Below are positions 1 to 8,590 of a DNA stretch of 64,000 bases, one piece after another. The translations under genes were made by a program, and so were the position numbers. The stretch's first letter is position 1, and every line of letters begins with the position of its first letter. Where the stretch lies: the NCBI GenBank assembly GCA_034428715.1, contig DAOUHE010000096.1, positions 2,915 to 66,914 on the forward strand, in the 5' to 3' direction. The DNA is from Dehalococcoidia bacterium. Its GTDB lineage: Bacteria > Chloroflexota > Dehalococcoidia > Lucifugimonadales > UBA3495. Below the pieces are notes generated by a model that searched no databases, was not told the DNA's origin, and was given only the letters and a program-made list of their open reading frames with translations.

Positions 1-1692
1 GAAACTGCTGCCTTCCCCCATGCGCCGGAATTTCTGGTAACGCCGCTTCAACAGCTTCCCCGGAGACAACCTGGTCAGTTCCGCCAACTGTTGGAGTATC
101 ACTAGCTGAAGTGAGTTTGCCGCCTCTTTGGGGTTGAGATGAGCGCCCCCTTCCGGTTCGGGAACCACCACGTCGGCTATTCCCAATTCCAAGCAGTCTC
201 CGCTGGTCAACATCAGCGCCTCTGCGGCCTCACGGTCAAGGCGGTGGTCGTGGTAAGAAGCGCCCAGGTTATGGTTCAGCGATATGGGCGAATATACCGC
301 GTATTGCTGCACCAGGATCCGATCTGACAAACCGAGGGCGAGGGCGCCTTCGCTGCCACCCTCTCCTATGATCGCCGAGACGATGGGCGTCGGCGCTTCC
401 ACCATCATAGATAGGGTGGTGGCGATGGCATTACCCATCCCCTGTTCCTCGGATTCGAGCCCAGGATCCGCTCCCTGGGTATCGATCAACGTGATCAAGG
501 GCAATTTGAACCGGGACGCCAGGTTGATGACCCTTTGAGCTTTACGCAGACCATCGGGGTAAACGTGGTTACGCTGTCCTTCCAGGGCTGCGCGCCTCTG
601 TTGCCCAATGATCGCGACTGGCTGTTCGCCCATGAAACCCACCCCGCCGACAATGGACCGGTCATCGCTGTTCAGACGGTCTCCCCTCAGCTCTATGAAT
701 GGGTCCAGCATCGAACGGATGTAGGCCATCGCCATGGGACGTTCGGTATCCCGTGCAATGGTCACCGCCTCCCATGCTGCAGGCGCCGACGGCTCCTCAA
801 AATCGATCTTCAACAACTCTTTGTGGTTGCCCTTGCCCAGCTTCTGCATAGTGAAGATCTTCAATAAGATGGCCAAGCGTTCCTGCAACGTCTCTCGGTC
901 CACCACATTGTCCAGCAGACCGTGCCCCAGGTGGGCCTCGGCGGTGTGGGCATCCAACGGCAGCGGCATGTTGGAGGCTTCCCGTAGGGTCCTGAGGGGG
1001 GAGAGGCCGATCAGGGAACCGGGCTCAGCCAAAATGACATCGGCCAGGTTGGCGAAACTGGCGTAAGCCTGTCCGGTGGAGGGGTTTGCCAACAAGACGA
1101 TGAAGGGAACCCCCTCTTCTCTCACCCGTTTGGCGGCGGTCACGGTCTTGGCCATCTGCATCAGGGAGAGGACACCTTCCTGAACCCTGGCGCCGCCGCC
1201 GGTGACTATTGCCACCAACGGCAAGTGTCTGCGGGCGGCTGTCTCCATTGCAGTGGCAACCTTTTCGCCCACCACTATGCCCATGCTCCCACCCATGAAA
1301 CCGAAGTCCAGCACCACCAGCATCACATCGGTGCCATCAATACGGCACCGGCCGGTTACAGCGGCCTCAGTTAGTCCGGTGCGATTCTGGTCTTGGGAGA
1401 GCAGCTTGCGATAGGAACTACGGCCAGAAAAGGATAACGGAGCAACCGAGCTTAGATACTTATGGGTTTCTTTGAACGTCCCCTTGTCCGCCAACAATTC
1501 GATACGTTCCCTGGCGGATAGTGTGTAATGAAACCGGCAGAACGGGCATACCCGGTAGGAAAGATAGGTCTGGGTTTCTGATATGGGCTCCTCACAGAGC
1601 AAACACCGGTCGTGGACCGTAGACAGATAAACGTGGCTAAGGTCTCCTTCCCGGGAAAAGAGGTGAACTAGAAAATCAGCCAGATTTCTCAA
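1..1692 (-). CDS. accD-accA: Acetyl-CoA carboxylase carboxyltransferase, beta (AccD) and alpha (AccA) subunits fused in one reading frame; 3' end runs off the left window edge
   Basis: Own translation of the reverse strand. The frame opens after stop TAA (1704-1702) with first start TTG at 1692. The N-terminus has the Zn-ribbon CLLCEEP..CPFCRFHY and GGGARVQEGVLSLMQMAKT (AccD-like). It continues in the same frame into ITIARDTERPMAMAYIRSMLDPFIELRGDR and GADPGLESEEQGMGNAIA (AccA-like). Absent from the ORF track because its stop lies outside the window. Confidence 0.85.
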   Translation of the reverse strand, partial: MRNLADFLVHLFSREGDLSHVYLSTVHDRCLLCEEPISETQTYLSYRVCPFCRFHYTLSARERIELLADKGTFKETHKYLSSVAPLSFSGRSSYRKLLSQDQNRTGLTEAAVTGRCRIDGTDVMLVVLDFGFMGGSMGIVVGEKVATAMETAARRHLPLVAIVTGGGARVQEGVLSLMQMAKTVTAAKRVREEGVPFIVLLANPSTGQAYASFANLADVILAEPGSLIGLSPLRTLREASNMPLPLDAHTAEAHLGHGLLDNVVDRETLQERLAILLKIFTMQKLGKGNHKELLKIDFEEPSAPAAWEAVTIARDTERPMAMAYIRSMLDPFIELRGDRLNSDDRSIVGGVGFMGEQPVAIIGQQRRAALEGQRNHVYPDGLRKAQRVINLASRFKLPLITLIDTQGADPGLESEEQGMGNAIATTLSMMVEAPTPIVSAIIGEGGSEGALALGLSDRILVQQYAVYSPISLNHNLGASYHDHRLDREAAEALMLTSGDCLELGIADVVVPEPEGGAHLNPKEAANSLQLVILQQLAELTRLSPGKLLKRRYQKFRRMGEGSSF

Positions 1693-1868
1693 ATCGTTAC
1701 CTTAAAAGGTGGTGGGTTGTTGTCTGTGGCCGCTCCTTCCATGATACAACAATATATGGGTCCGGTAATCACCCTAATGCCGTTTCAGCCAACCTGCCAT
1801 CTAATGGGCCACACTATGTTTTACGCAATCCACCGGCCTCTGGGATTCATTTAGGCTGCCGCAATTCG

Positions 1869-1897
1869 TTGATTTCCCATTTGCCCTGGTTTACACT
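1869..1897 (+). promoter_or_regulatory. Candidate sigma70-type promoter for the small-ORF/amidase operon
   Basis: TTGATT (1869-1874), 17-nt spacer, TACACT (1892-1897), about 50 nt upstream of the ATG at 1945. Pattern match only. Confidence 0.35.
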
Positions 1898-1944
1898 CTG
1901 GCCCAAGCTGATAAGAAATCCCAGGGAAAACCGGAGGGGATGAC

Positions 1945-2145
1945 ATGCCCATTTCCAACGAAACACTAAAAGCCATGATTCGCGACTATAACGGCTTCGA
2001 ACTGACTGACATGGAGCTAGAACTGATCCGTCCCGAAATAGACAATTACTTGGCCGCCGTCGAAAGTCTGGCTGACCTGGACCTATCCAACGTGATGTCC
2101 GGCCGTCTGCTCAAGGTTGACGAAGGGAGGGCCAGCGATGCCTAG
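1945..2145 (+). CDS. 66-aa acidic helical protein, AtzG/GatC-like small partner subunit of the downstream amidase (DUF4089-like)
   Basis: GGAGGGG lies 6 nt upstream of the ATG. The stop overlaps the amidase ATG at 2138 by 8 nt (ATGCCTAG). The size and its position directly 5' of an amidase-signature gene match the AtzG-AtzE and GatC-GatA arrangement. Family assignment is from memory, not a search. Confidence 0.55.
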   Translation: MPISNETLKAMIRDYNGFELTDMELELIRPEIDNYLAAVESLADLDLSNVMSGRLLKVDEGRASDA

Positions 2146-3568
2146 CGCCGACCTGCTCAAGCTAACGATTTCCGAGTTGGCGCCCAAGATCCAGTCGGGC
2201 CAGGTGTCTCCCGTGGAGCTCACGGAAGCCGCCTTGGCCCAAGCTCACCGGTTGCAGCCTGCCCTTAATTCCTTCATCACGATCCTGGATGAGCAGGCCA
2301 TGAGCCAGGCCCACCAGATGGAGGAAGCCCTGGCCAAAGGGGATTACCGGGGGCCGCTTCACGGCATTCCCATCGGCATAAAAGACAACATCGCCACCGC
2401 CGGCATCCGCCCTACCGTGGGCTCCCAGGTCTTGACCAATAACGTTCCCGACGAGGACGCCCACGTTGTCGCGTTATGTAAATCGGCTGGCGCCATCATA
2501 TTGGGCAAAGAGAACCTGGAGGAGTTTGCCGCGGGTGTCACCTCCAACAACCCCCATTTCGGCGCGGTGCACAACCCCTGGGATTTGGACCATGTGCCCG
2601 GCGGGTCCAGCGGCGGAGGCGGCGCCAACGTCGCGGCGGGGGTTACATTCGCGTCGCTGGGAACCGACCTGGGCGGATCGGTGCGGCTGCCCGCCACGTT
2701 CTGTGGAGTCGTTGGGTTAAAACAAACCTACGGCCGCGTCAGCCAGCGGGGACTCTTGGTGACCAGTTTTAACGGCGACCACATTGGCCCCATGACTCGC
2801 AGCGTGATGGATAGCGCCTTGGTGCTTCAAACCCTGGCGGGATACGACCCGTTGGACCCCAGCACGGTCCCGGTCCCAGTGCCCGATTACACCGCCGGTG
2901 TGGGCAGCCGGTTGGATTGGCTCACCATGGGAGTGCCGTCGGACTATTACTTCGACCTGGTGGACCCACAGGTTGAAGCGGCCATCCGCATGGCCATTTC
3001 CGCGCTACAAGAACTGGGAGTCAAATCCGTTGAGGTTAGCCTGCCCAGCATGGAATTCGCCGGGGCGCTGCGTATCGCCGGCATGGCCGACAGCGTGGTG
3101 ACCCACGAGCCCTACATCAACAGCCACCGGGACCAGTATGGACCCGACACCCTTTACCGCACCCTGGCGGGACAGTTCGTCCTGGGTAAGGATTATTCCA
3201 AATCCTTGAAAGTACAGCGCATGATAAAAGAGGAATATGCCCGGGTGCTGCAGGACGTGGACTTTTTGGTCACGCCAACCGCCCCGGTGACCGCGCCCCG
3301 CATCGATGCCAAGTATATCGAGCTAGGGGGAACACAACATCGAGTCAGGGGGCCAGGGTCGGGAATGGTCTCCCGCAACACCAGCCCTATGAACTCCACC
3401 GGTCTGCCCGCCATCACCGTCCCTTGCGGCTTCAATGACCAGGGGCTGCCGATAGGCGTCCAGTTCATCGGCAGGCCATTCGATGAAGCCACTCTATTCC
3501 GGGTAGCGGGCGGTTATGAGGCCGTGTGGCCTAGCCGGGGCCAACGGCCGGCGGTAGACCAGGAATAG
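2138..3568 (+). CDS. Amidase-signature family amidase (GatA/AtzE-like)
   Basis: Motifs GIPIGIKDNIATAG (catalytic Lys region) and HVPGGSSGGGGANVAAG (GGSS signature). ATG at 2138 is preferred over TTG at 2117 because GAAGGGAGGG precedes it. Confidence 0.9.
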   Translation: MPSADLLKLTISELAPKIQSGQVSPVELTEAALAQAHRLQPALNSFITILDEQAMSQAHQMEEALAKGDYRGPLHGIPIGIKDNIATAGIRPTVGSQVLTNNVPDEDAHVVALCKSAGAIILGKENLEEFAAGVTSNNPHFGAVHNPWDLDHVPGGSSGGGGANVAAGVTFASLGTDLGGSVRLPATFCGVVGLKQTYGRVSQRGLLVTSFNGDHIGPMTRSVMDSALVLQTLAGYDPLDPSTVPVPVPDYTAGVGSRLDWLTMGVPSDYYFDLVDPQVEAAIRMAISALQELGVKSVEVSLPSMEFAGALRIAGMADSVVTHEPYINSHRDQYGPDTLYRTLAGQFVLGKDYSKSLKVQRMIKEEYARVLQDVDFLVTPTAPVTAPRIDAKYIELGGTQHRVRGPGSGMVSRNTSPMNSTGLPAITVPCGFNDQGLPIGVQFIGRPFDEATLFRVAGGYEAVWPSRGQRPAVDQE

Positions 3569-3615
3569 GGTAGACCAAGCATAGATAAGTCCCGTTACAT
3601 TCCGGAGGTGTTCCA

Positions 3616-4530
3616 ATGCCTCTACCCCCAGACCGGGTAGACTACAGCCCCATCATTGAACGGCCCGCCATCAAATGGCCCAACGGCGCCCGAGTCGCCT
3701 TCTGGGTCTCTCCAAACGTGGAGCACTACGAGTATCTGCCCGACTTCGACGGTAACCGCAATCCGTGGCCCCGGACCCCTTATCCCGACGTGCAGCAATA
3801 CTCTTACCGCGACTACGGCAGCCGGGTGGGGTTTTGGCGGATGCTAGAGCCGCTGGACAAATACAACATCAAGTGCTGCGTTTCGCTGAACATGGCCGTC
3901 CTGGAGCAATTCCCGGAGATCGCCGAGGCCATGGTCCAGCGGGACTGGGACTACATGAGCCACGGCATCTACAACACCCGCTTCCTTAACACCTATTCCG
4001 AGGAGCAGGAGCGGGAGTTCTACCGGGATTGCATCAACACCCTGCACCGCCACACCGGTAAGCAGCTCAAGGGCATGCTGGGACCGGCCATCTCCGCCAC
4101 CGTTGCCACGCCGGACCTGATGGCCGAGGCCGGTCTGATCTACCACACCGACTGGGTCCACGACGACCAACCGGTGCCCATAAAGGTGAAGAGCGGCAAG
4201 CTAATCTCAGTGCCCTATTCCATTGAGTTGAACGATTCTTCGGTGTTGCGTGACAACCACTATGAAGGCGACTATTTCGCCCGCATCTGCAAAGATCAGT
4301 TCGACAGGCTGTATCAGGAAGGGGCCGAAAGCGGCCGCGTGATGTGCATCGCCCTGCATCCATTCCTGATCGGCCAACCCCACCGGATCAAGTATCTGGA
4401 TGACATCTTGGGCTACATCATGGGCCACGACGGCGTCTGGCAGACCACCGCCGACGAGATAGCGGAATACTATATCGCCAACTATTACGACCAGGTAGTG
4501 GAGCATGCCCAACAGTTGAAACAGCCATAA
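3616..4530 (+). CDS. Polysaccharide-deacetylase (CE4/NodB-fold) family protein, PuuE-like divergent subgroup
   Basis: 304-aa ORF. N-terminus DYSPIIERPAIKWPNGARVAFWVSPNVEHYEY, then MSHGIYNT and ALHPFLIGQPHR, typical of cytosolic CE4-fold amidohydrolases. Paralogous to the next gene. Confidence 0.8.
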   Translation: MPLPPDRVDYSPIIERPAIKWPNGARVAFWVSPNVEHYEYLPDFDGNRNPWPRTPYPDVQQYSYRDYGSRVGFWRMLEPLDKYNIKCCVSLNMAVLEQFPEIAEAMVQRDWDYMSHGIYNTRFLNTYSEEQEREFYRDCINTLHRHTGKQLKGMLGPAISATVATPDLMAEAGLIYHTDWVHDDQPVPIKVKSGKLISVPYSIELNDSSVLRDNHYEGDYFARICKDQFDRLYQEGAESGRVMCIALHPFLIGQPHRIKYLDDILGYIMGHDGVWQTTADEIAEYYIANYYDQVVEHAQQLKQP

Positions 4531-4572
4531 CCAAAGTCATCGCCAACAACCAACATCACCCAGCCAGCTATC

Positions 4573-5508
4573 GTGTACGAGGAACGTGTAATGCCCGGTC
4601 AACGCCAATTCGGAATGGACCACGAACACTACGATTGGTCGCCCATCAGCACCAGAGGCACCCTGCGGTGGCCCAATGATAGCCGGGTCGCGCTGTTCGT
4701 CATAGTGACCCTGGATAAGATGGAATGGATCGCGCCCGAAGGGAGTTACCAGGCGGGTAATCTGGCCGGAGGATCAGCGGCGCGCCCGTTCCCAGACTTC
4801 ACCCGCATGTCACACCGGGAGTACGGGCACCGGGTGGGCATATTCCGAATCCTGGACGTTTTGGAAAAGCACGGCATCACCCCCACCATCGCCATGGACG
4901 CCCTCACCGCCGAATACTACCCCTACCTGGTGAGGCATTGTCTGGACCGTGGCTGCGAGATCATCGGCCACGGCATTTCGGTGAGCCGTATGATCACCAG
5001 CAACATGTCCGAGGGGGATGAGAAAGAATACATCAACCAGTCAATCTCCACCCTCACCCAGGCCACGGGCGCCGCTCCCCGGGGCTGGATGGGCCCCGAA
5101 TACGGAGAGTCCCACCGGACGCCCCAGCTTCTGGCCGAGGCAGGGATCAAGTATCTCTGCGATTGGGCCAATGACGAGCAGCCATACCCCATGAAATCCC
5201 CCCGAGGAAAGATAACCGCTCTGCCGGTGATGTGGGAACTGGACGACGTGGGAGCCATGGCCAACCGGAAGGTGACCATTCACCGGTACGGCGACCTGCT
5301 AAAGGAGAGTTTCGACCAGCTTTACCAGGACGGCGCAACCAACGGAAGGCTGTTGGGATTAAGTCTGCACCCATGGTTGACCGGCCAGCCCTTCCGCATA
5401 GGTTATCTGGACAACGCTTTAGGACACATGACCGGCCATTCCAGGGTGTGGCCGGCCAGCGGCGAAGCCATAGTCGACTGGTTCCGCGAGAACCCGCCAG
5501 TGGCGTGA
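4573..5508 (+). CDS. Polysaccharide-deacetylase (CE4-fold) family protein, second paralog
   Basis: 311-aa ORF with the same architecture as 3616-4530 (RWPNDSRVALFVIVTL, IIGHGISVSR, SLHPWLTGQPFR). Alternative start ATG at 4591. Confidence 0.8.
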   Translation: MYEERVMPGQRQFGMDHEHYDWSPISTRGTLRWPNDSRVALFVIVTLDKMEWIAPEGSYQAGNLAGGSAARPFPDFTRMSHREYGHRVGIFRILDVLEKHGITPTIAMDALTAEYYPYLVRHCLDRGCEIIGHGISVSRMITSNMSEGDEKEYINQSISTLTQATGAAPRGWMGPEYGESHRTPQLLAEAGIKYLCDWANDEQPYPMKSPRGKITALPVMWELDDVGAMANRKVTIHRYGDLLKESFDQLYQDGATNGRLLGLSLHPWLTGQPFRIGYLDNALGHMTGHSRVWPASGEAIVDWFRENPPVA

Positions 5509-6401
5509 TGATGGTATTGTTGGCCGCAGTTGGGTTGATTTCACTTTTAGCTCTTGGTTGCTCCGCTCCGATTGCGGAGGACGACCAATCTGAGTTGACT
5601 CCCATTCCACCTTTTTCTACGCCGGTACAAGCCTCTCCTCTTACACCTGTGGCGGCATTGGATGTCACGGAGGTTTGGGGTGACGTTTTCGGCCCCCTTG
5701 GAGGTTCGATTCATTTCGAGGTGGCCGCGACCTCCAAGGCTGAGGTTGGGTCTGGTTGTGAGCTTCGTATGTGGTCGGGGAAGAAGGGATACGATACGGT
5801 TTACGTTACTTTGAAAGCCGAAGACCTTGAGAAAGGGAGCGTTCTTACGGCTTCTTTCGATGTCGATGGCGAGGACAAAATTCTAGCTCTTGCTGAGAGC
5901 GGAAGGAAGCTCAGCGACATAGTCGATCTGGAGGTCCAGTGCTTCCGTCCTACTCCCACGCCTCCTCCCACCCCTACACCTACCCCCACTATGACCCCTA
6001 CTCCACCCCCTTCAGCCACCCCAACACTTCATCCTGAGGTTGTTTTTCCTTCGTTAGTTGAGAGGTTCGGGATCTGGAAGTCCCGTTGGATAGACAACTA
6101 TGGGGACCCCCCTTACTCGGTCCACGGTAGCTTTAGTGCTGACCGGCCAATACACCTTCCGATGTGTGGGATTGTGACTGTTTGGAGCGGTAGAGGCTTT
6201 GGTGGGTTTATGCCGTCTGCAACCGTCCCTTTAGGTTCTGAGACAATCGTGCTCGCTGGGGACCACAGGCTCTCGGGTTCAGGGTTGAATCGCCGGGACT
6301 ACACCTTGGAGGTTCTCCCTCCCGCATTGCTAACAGTAGAATCCTTAACGACAGAGTATATCGAACAATTGAGGAGTTTCCTCCAAGAATGTGGTGGCTA
6401 G
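5508..6401 (+). CDS. Hypothetical lipoprotein, two domains joined by a Pro/Thr linker
   Basis: The internal start at GTGATGATG overlaps the stop of the preceding gene. Signal peptide with lipobox LLALGC. Linker PTPTPPPTPTPTPTMTPTPPPSATPT. The track ORF from 5232 is an upstream extension overlapping the deacetylase. Confidence 0.6.
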   Translation: MMVLLAAVGLISLLALGCSAPIAEDDQSELTPIPPFSTPVQASPLTPVAALDVTEVWGDVFGPLGGSIHFEVAATSKAEVGSGCELRMWSGKKGYDTVYVTLKAEDLEKGSVLTASFDVDGEDKILALAESGRKLSDIVDLEVQCFRPTPTPPPTPTPTPTMTPTPPPSATPTLHPEVVFPSLVERFGIWKSRWIDNYGDPPYSVHGSFSADRPIHLPMCGIVTVWSGRGFGGFMPSATVPLGSETIVLAGDHRLSGSGLNRRDYTLEVLPPALLTVESLTTEYIEQLRSFLQECGG

Positions 6402-6712
6402 GAAGCCTATTTCTTCGGTTTTCGGCAGGTATCAGCTACGTCTGGCCCCAGCAGGAGGCATCCAGCCACGGACGTTGTACCGAGCCTGTCGGAGACCTTT
6501 AGAAGTCGGATGCATCAGCAAAAGGGGTCGCCACCGGAGAGTGAAACAAATATTATTGCAGACTGATTCACGCGAGATGTACAGTTACCTCTGGCGTGTG
6601 CTGGCGCAAATTCCACCTCGTCGCCACCTAATACGAGTAACGGGTAGGTGGGTTTTGCCATATGATTTATGGTAACCACCGGTTGGCGACGTTGTAGAAC
6701 GATAGGAGCGCC

Positions 6713-7554
6713 TTGAGTAACGCTGACAGACGGTTGGAAGGGGCAATGGACATCCACGTCCATTGCGGCCCGGACCCTAGGGTTGAACGCCGTGGGTCCG
6801 CTATCGATGTCGCCCAACAAACTCACGGAATGGGTATGCTGGGCATGGTCTTGAAGAGCCACGAATTTCCCACGTCTCCCATGGCCTACACCGCCAGCCA
6901 GGCGGTGCCCGGCATCACCCTGATCGGGGGTGTCGCCCTAGACTTGGAGGTAGGCGGTTTGAATCCATTGGCGGTGGACTCAACTGCAAAAGTGGGCGGG
7001 CGCGTCGTCTGGATGCCCACCTATTCCGCCCGGGCCAACCGCCAACCCTAGGGACTCAACGGCGGGATCTACCTTCTGGACGACCAGGGCAAGCTGGTCC
7101 CGGAAGTGTTTTCCATCTTAGAGGTCATCAAATCCGATGATTTGGTCCTTGCCACCGGGCACATCTCTACCGAGGAAAGCATGGCGTTGGTATCGGCAGC
7201 CCGCGGCTTGGGTATCAAGCGGGTGGTGGTGACCCACGCGACTACCATGTCTTTTGGACCGGTATGACCGTGGAAGACATGAAGACATTGGCATCCATGG
7301 GGGCCTACATAGAGCATTGCCTGCACGTGTTGATGCCCCTCACTTATCGACTGCAACCCAACGAGTCGGTCAAGACCATCATGTCCATCGGCCCCGAGAG
7401 TTGCATCGTCTCTTCGGACTTCGGCCAGGATTTTCATCCCATGCCGGCAGAGGGCTTGCGCATGGGAATCGCCACCCTGCCGCAAGCCGGAATGGAAGAA
7501 GTGGAAGTGGGGATGCTGGCGAAGGACAATCCCTGCCGCCTCTTAGGTCTGTAG
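6713..7554 (+). pseudogene. TIM-barrel metal-dependent hydrolase (amidohydrolase superfamily), disrupted by an in-frame TAG and a 1-nt frameshift
   Basis: Three collinear pieces. (1) 6713-7048 has MDIHVHCGPD (HxH motif) through WMPTYSA. (2) After TAG at 7049-7051 the same frame reads GLNGGIYLLDDQGKLVPEV..LATGHISTEE..VVVTHATTMSFGP to TGA at 7265-7267. (3) A shifted frame from 7264 reads MTVEDMKTLASMGAYIEHC..VSSDFGQD..NPCRLLGL. Confidence 0.6.
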
Positions 7555-7612
7555 ACCCGGAATTCAGGCCGTGGGTGAAGCCTGGCAAGCCATTTACCGC
7601 CGCGGCACTGAA

Positions 7613-8020
7613 TCACCAGATCACCTCCACCAGTGGATTCTCCCTCAGCACGTTGTCCCTGCTGACGATGGGGGCATGGTGGACCAAAGCTTCAGCCGCG
7701 ATCAGGCGGTCGTGCATCTCCGACACGCCTTCCACGCGTTCCAAGGCTTCCAACTGGTCTTGACCCAAGGGAGAAAAGACGAATTCCCTGCTCTGGTGAA
7801 TGTCGGCGATGATGGCCGCGGTTGAAATGGCCCGGCCAAGTTTCTGGGTCAGGTAGAAGAGCTCGGCGACGACGATGGCGGGAACGATGATTGCCGCGCC
7901 CCCACCATCGGCCAACCGGAACACCGCATCCGCGGCCGCGCTTAACCTATTAGGGTCGCTGCGATACCAGAACAGGGCGTGGGTATCGACGATGTAAACG
8001 GGCAGCGCCGGATCACGCAT
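7613..8020 (-). CDS. vapC: PIN-domain toxin (VapC-like ribonuclease)
   Basis: VYIVDTHALFW, VVAELFYL and HDRLIAAEA carry the PIN acidic residues. ATG at 8020 overlaps the upstream antitoxin stop by 8 nt (ATGCGTGA). The track ORF start at 8065 is an extension. Confidence 0.8.
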   Translation of the reverse strand: MRDPALPVYIVDTHALFWYRSDPNRLSAAADAVFRLADGGGAAIIVPAIVVAELFYLTQKLGRAISTAAIIADIHQSREFVFSPLGQDQLEALERVEGVSEMHDRLIAAEALVHHAPIVSRDNVLRENPLVEVIW

Positions 8021-8429
8021 CCATCTTGGGCTCCCAGATCCCCTTGGCCTGGGCGAAATCCTCATCTGATGGTTCCGGCGTGTCCAGCCAGGTGGCCCGC
8101 AAGCTGACCCGCTGAGACCAGGGAACCGCTCCCGGTTTCCCGCTCAACGAGACCAATTTAGCTGCAGCCTTGCCATACCGTGTGATTATTATTTCCATTT
8201 CTGGTGACTCTTCCAACCGGGAGATGATCTCCCCAGGGTTGGATTTCAACTCAAGTAAACCGACTTCCTCAAGAACGGCCCCGTAGGCCGCGGCGGCTTC
8301 CCTGATGACCCTCCGGCCTGGATTTCTCGCTTTAGCCGAGCAAGCCCTGCACCGCCGGGGGCAGGACCGGGAGACTTTTGACTCTTTTCCCAAGCCGCAA
8401 TCTATGCATGTGTACTTTGCCACCGACAC
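8013..8429 (-). CDS. Antitoxin, Phd/YefM-like core with an N-terminal CxxC..CxxC zinc ribbon
   Basis: N-terminus CIDCG..CPRRCRAC. The central LLELKSNPGEIISRLEESPEMEIIITRYGKAAAKLVSL resembles the Phd/YefM fold. Translationally coupled to the PIN gene. The GTG at 8423 is better spaced from GGAGGG than the GTG at 8429. Confidence 0.65.
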   Translation of the reverse strand: MSVAKYTCIDCGLGKESKVSRSCPRRCRACSAKARNPGRRVIREAAAAYGAVLEEVGLLELKSNPGEIISRLEESPEMEIIITRYGKAAAKLVSLSGKPGAVPWSQRVSLRATWLDTPEPSDEDFAQAKGIWEPKMDA

Positions 8430-8590
8430 CCTCCACGGCCTTATAGGTTACAAAAAGAACAGTTAATAGGGATGTTATGCCCTAATTATTTATCTAATTA
8501 TAATCGTATTTAAAATATAATACAAGTTATAATTATTAAATTACAGCCCATTAAATCGTTCTAATGATGACGTGTATTATATTATTTAAT
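8430..8590. other. Strongly AT-rich segment in a GC-rich background
   Basis: Runs such as TAATTATTTATCTAATTATAATCGTATTTAAAATATAATACAAGTTATAATTATTAAATTA. The segment extends into the last ~12 codons of tilS (..NNIIHVIIRTI*). Confidence 0.6.
8497..8525 (-). promoter_or_regulatory. Candidate promoter of the antitoxin/toxin operon
   Basis: The reverse strand reads TTGTAT (8525-8520), a 17-nt spacer, then consensus TATAAT (8502-8497), about 70 nt upstream of the antitoxin start. Confidence 0.5.

Noticed and set aside
139-1414. Several + strand ORFs (62-110 aa) listed in the track
   Set aside because: They lie antisense to the long, motif-rich accD-accA frame on the minus strand, and their Arg/Pro/Ser-rich translations lack any recognisable motif. 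They are shadow ORFs typical of GC-rich DNA.
5232-5507. N-terminal 92 residues of the 389-aa track ORF
   Set aside because: This part overlaps the 3' end of the deacetylase gene in another frame and is Arg/Pro-rich. A clean lipoprotein signal peptide begins at the internal ATG at 5508, which overlaps the upstream stop.
7049-7051. Possibility that in-frame TAG codons (here and at 60286-60288) are recoded (pyrrolysine or amber suppression)
   Set aside because: TAG is used as the terminal stop of at least eight well-supported genes in this window (amidase, lipoprotein, NHL, rluD, isochorismatase, LLM, groEL, queG). No pyl genes or PYLIS-like context were seen. Nonsense mutation or sequencing error is far more likely. 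The local read-through idea is kept only as a low-probability note in the findings.
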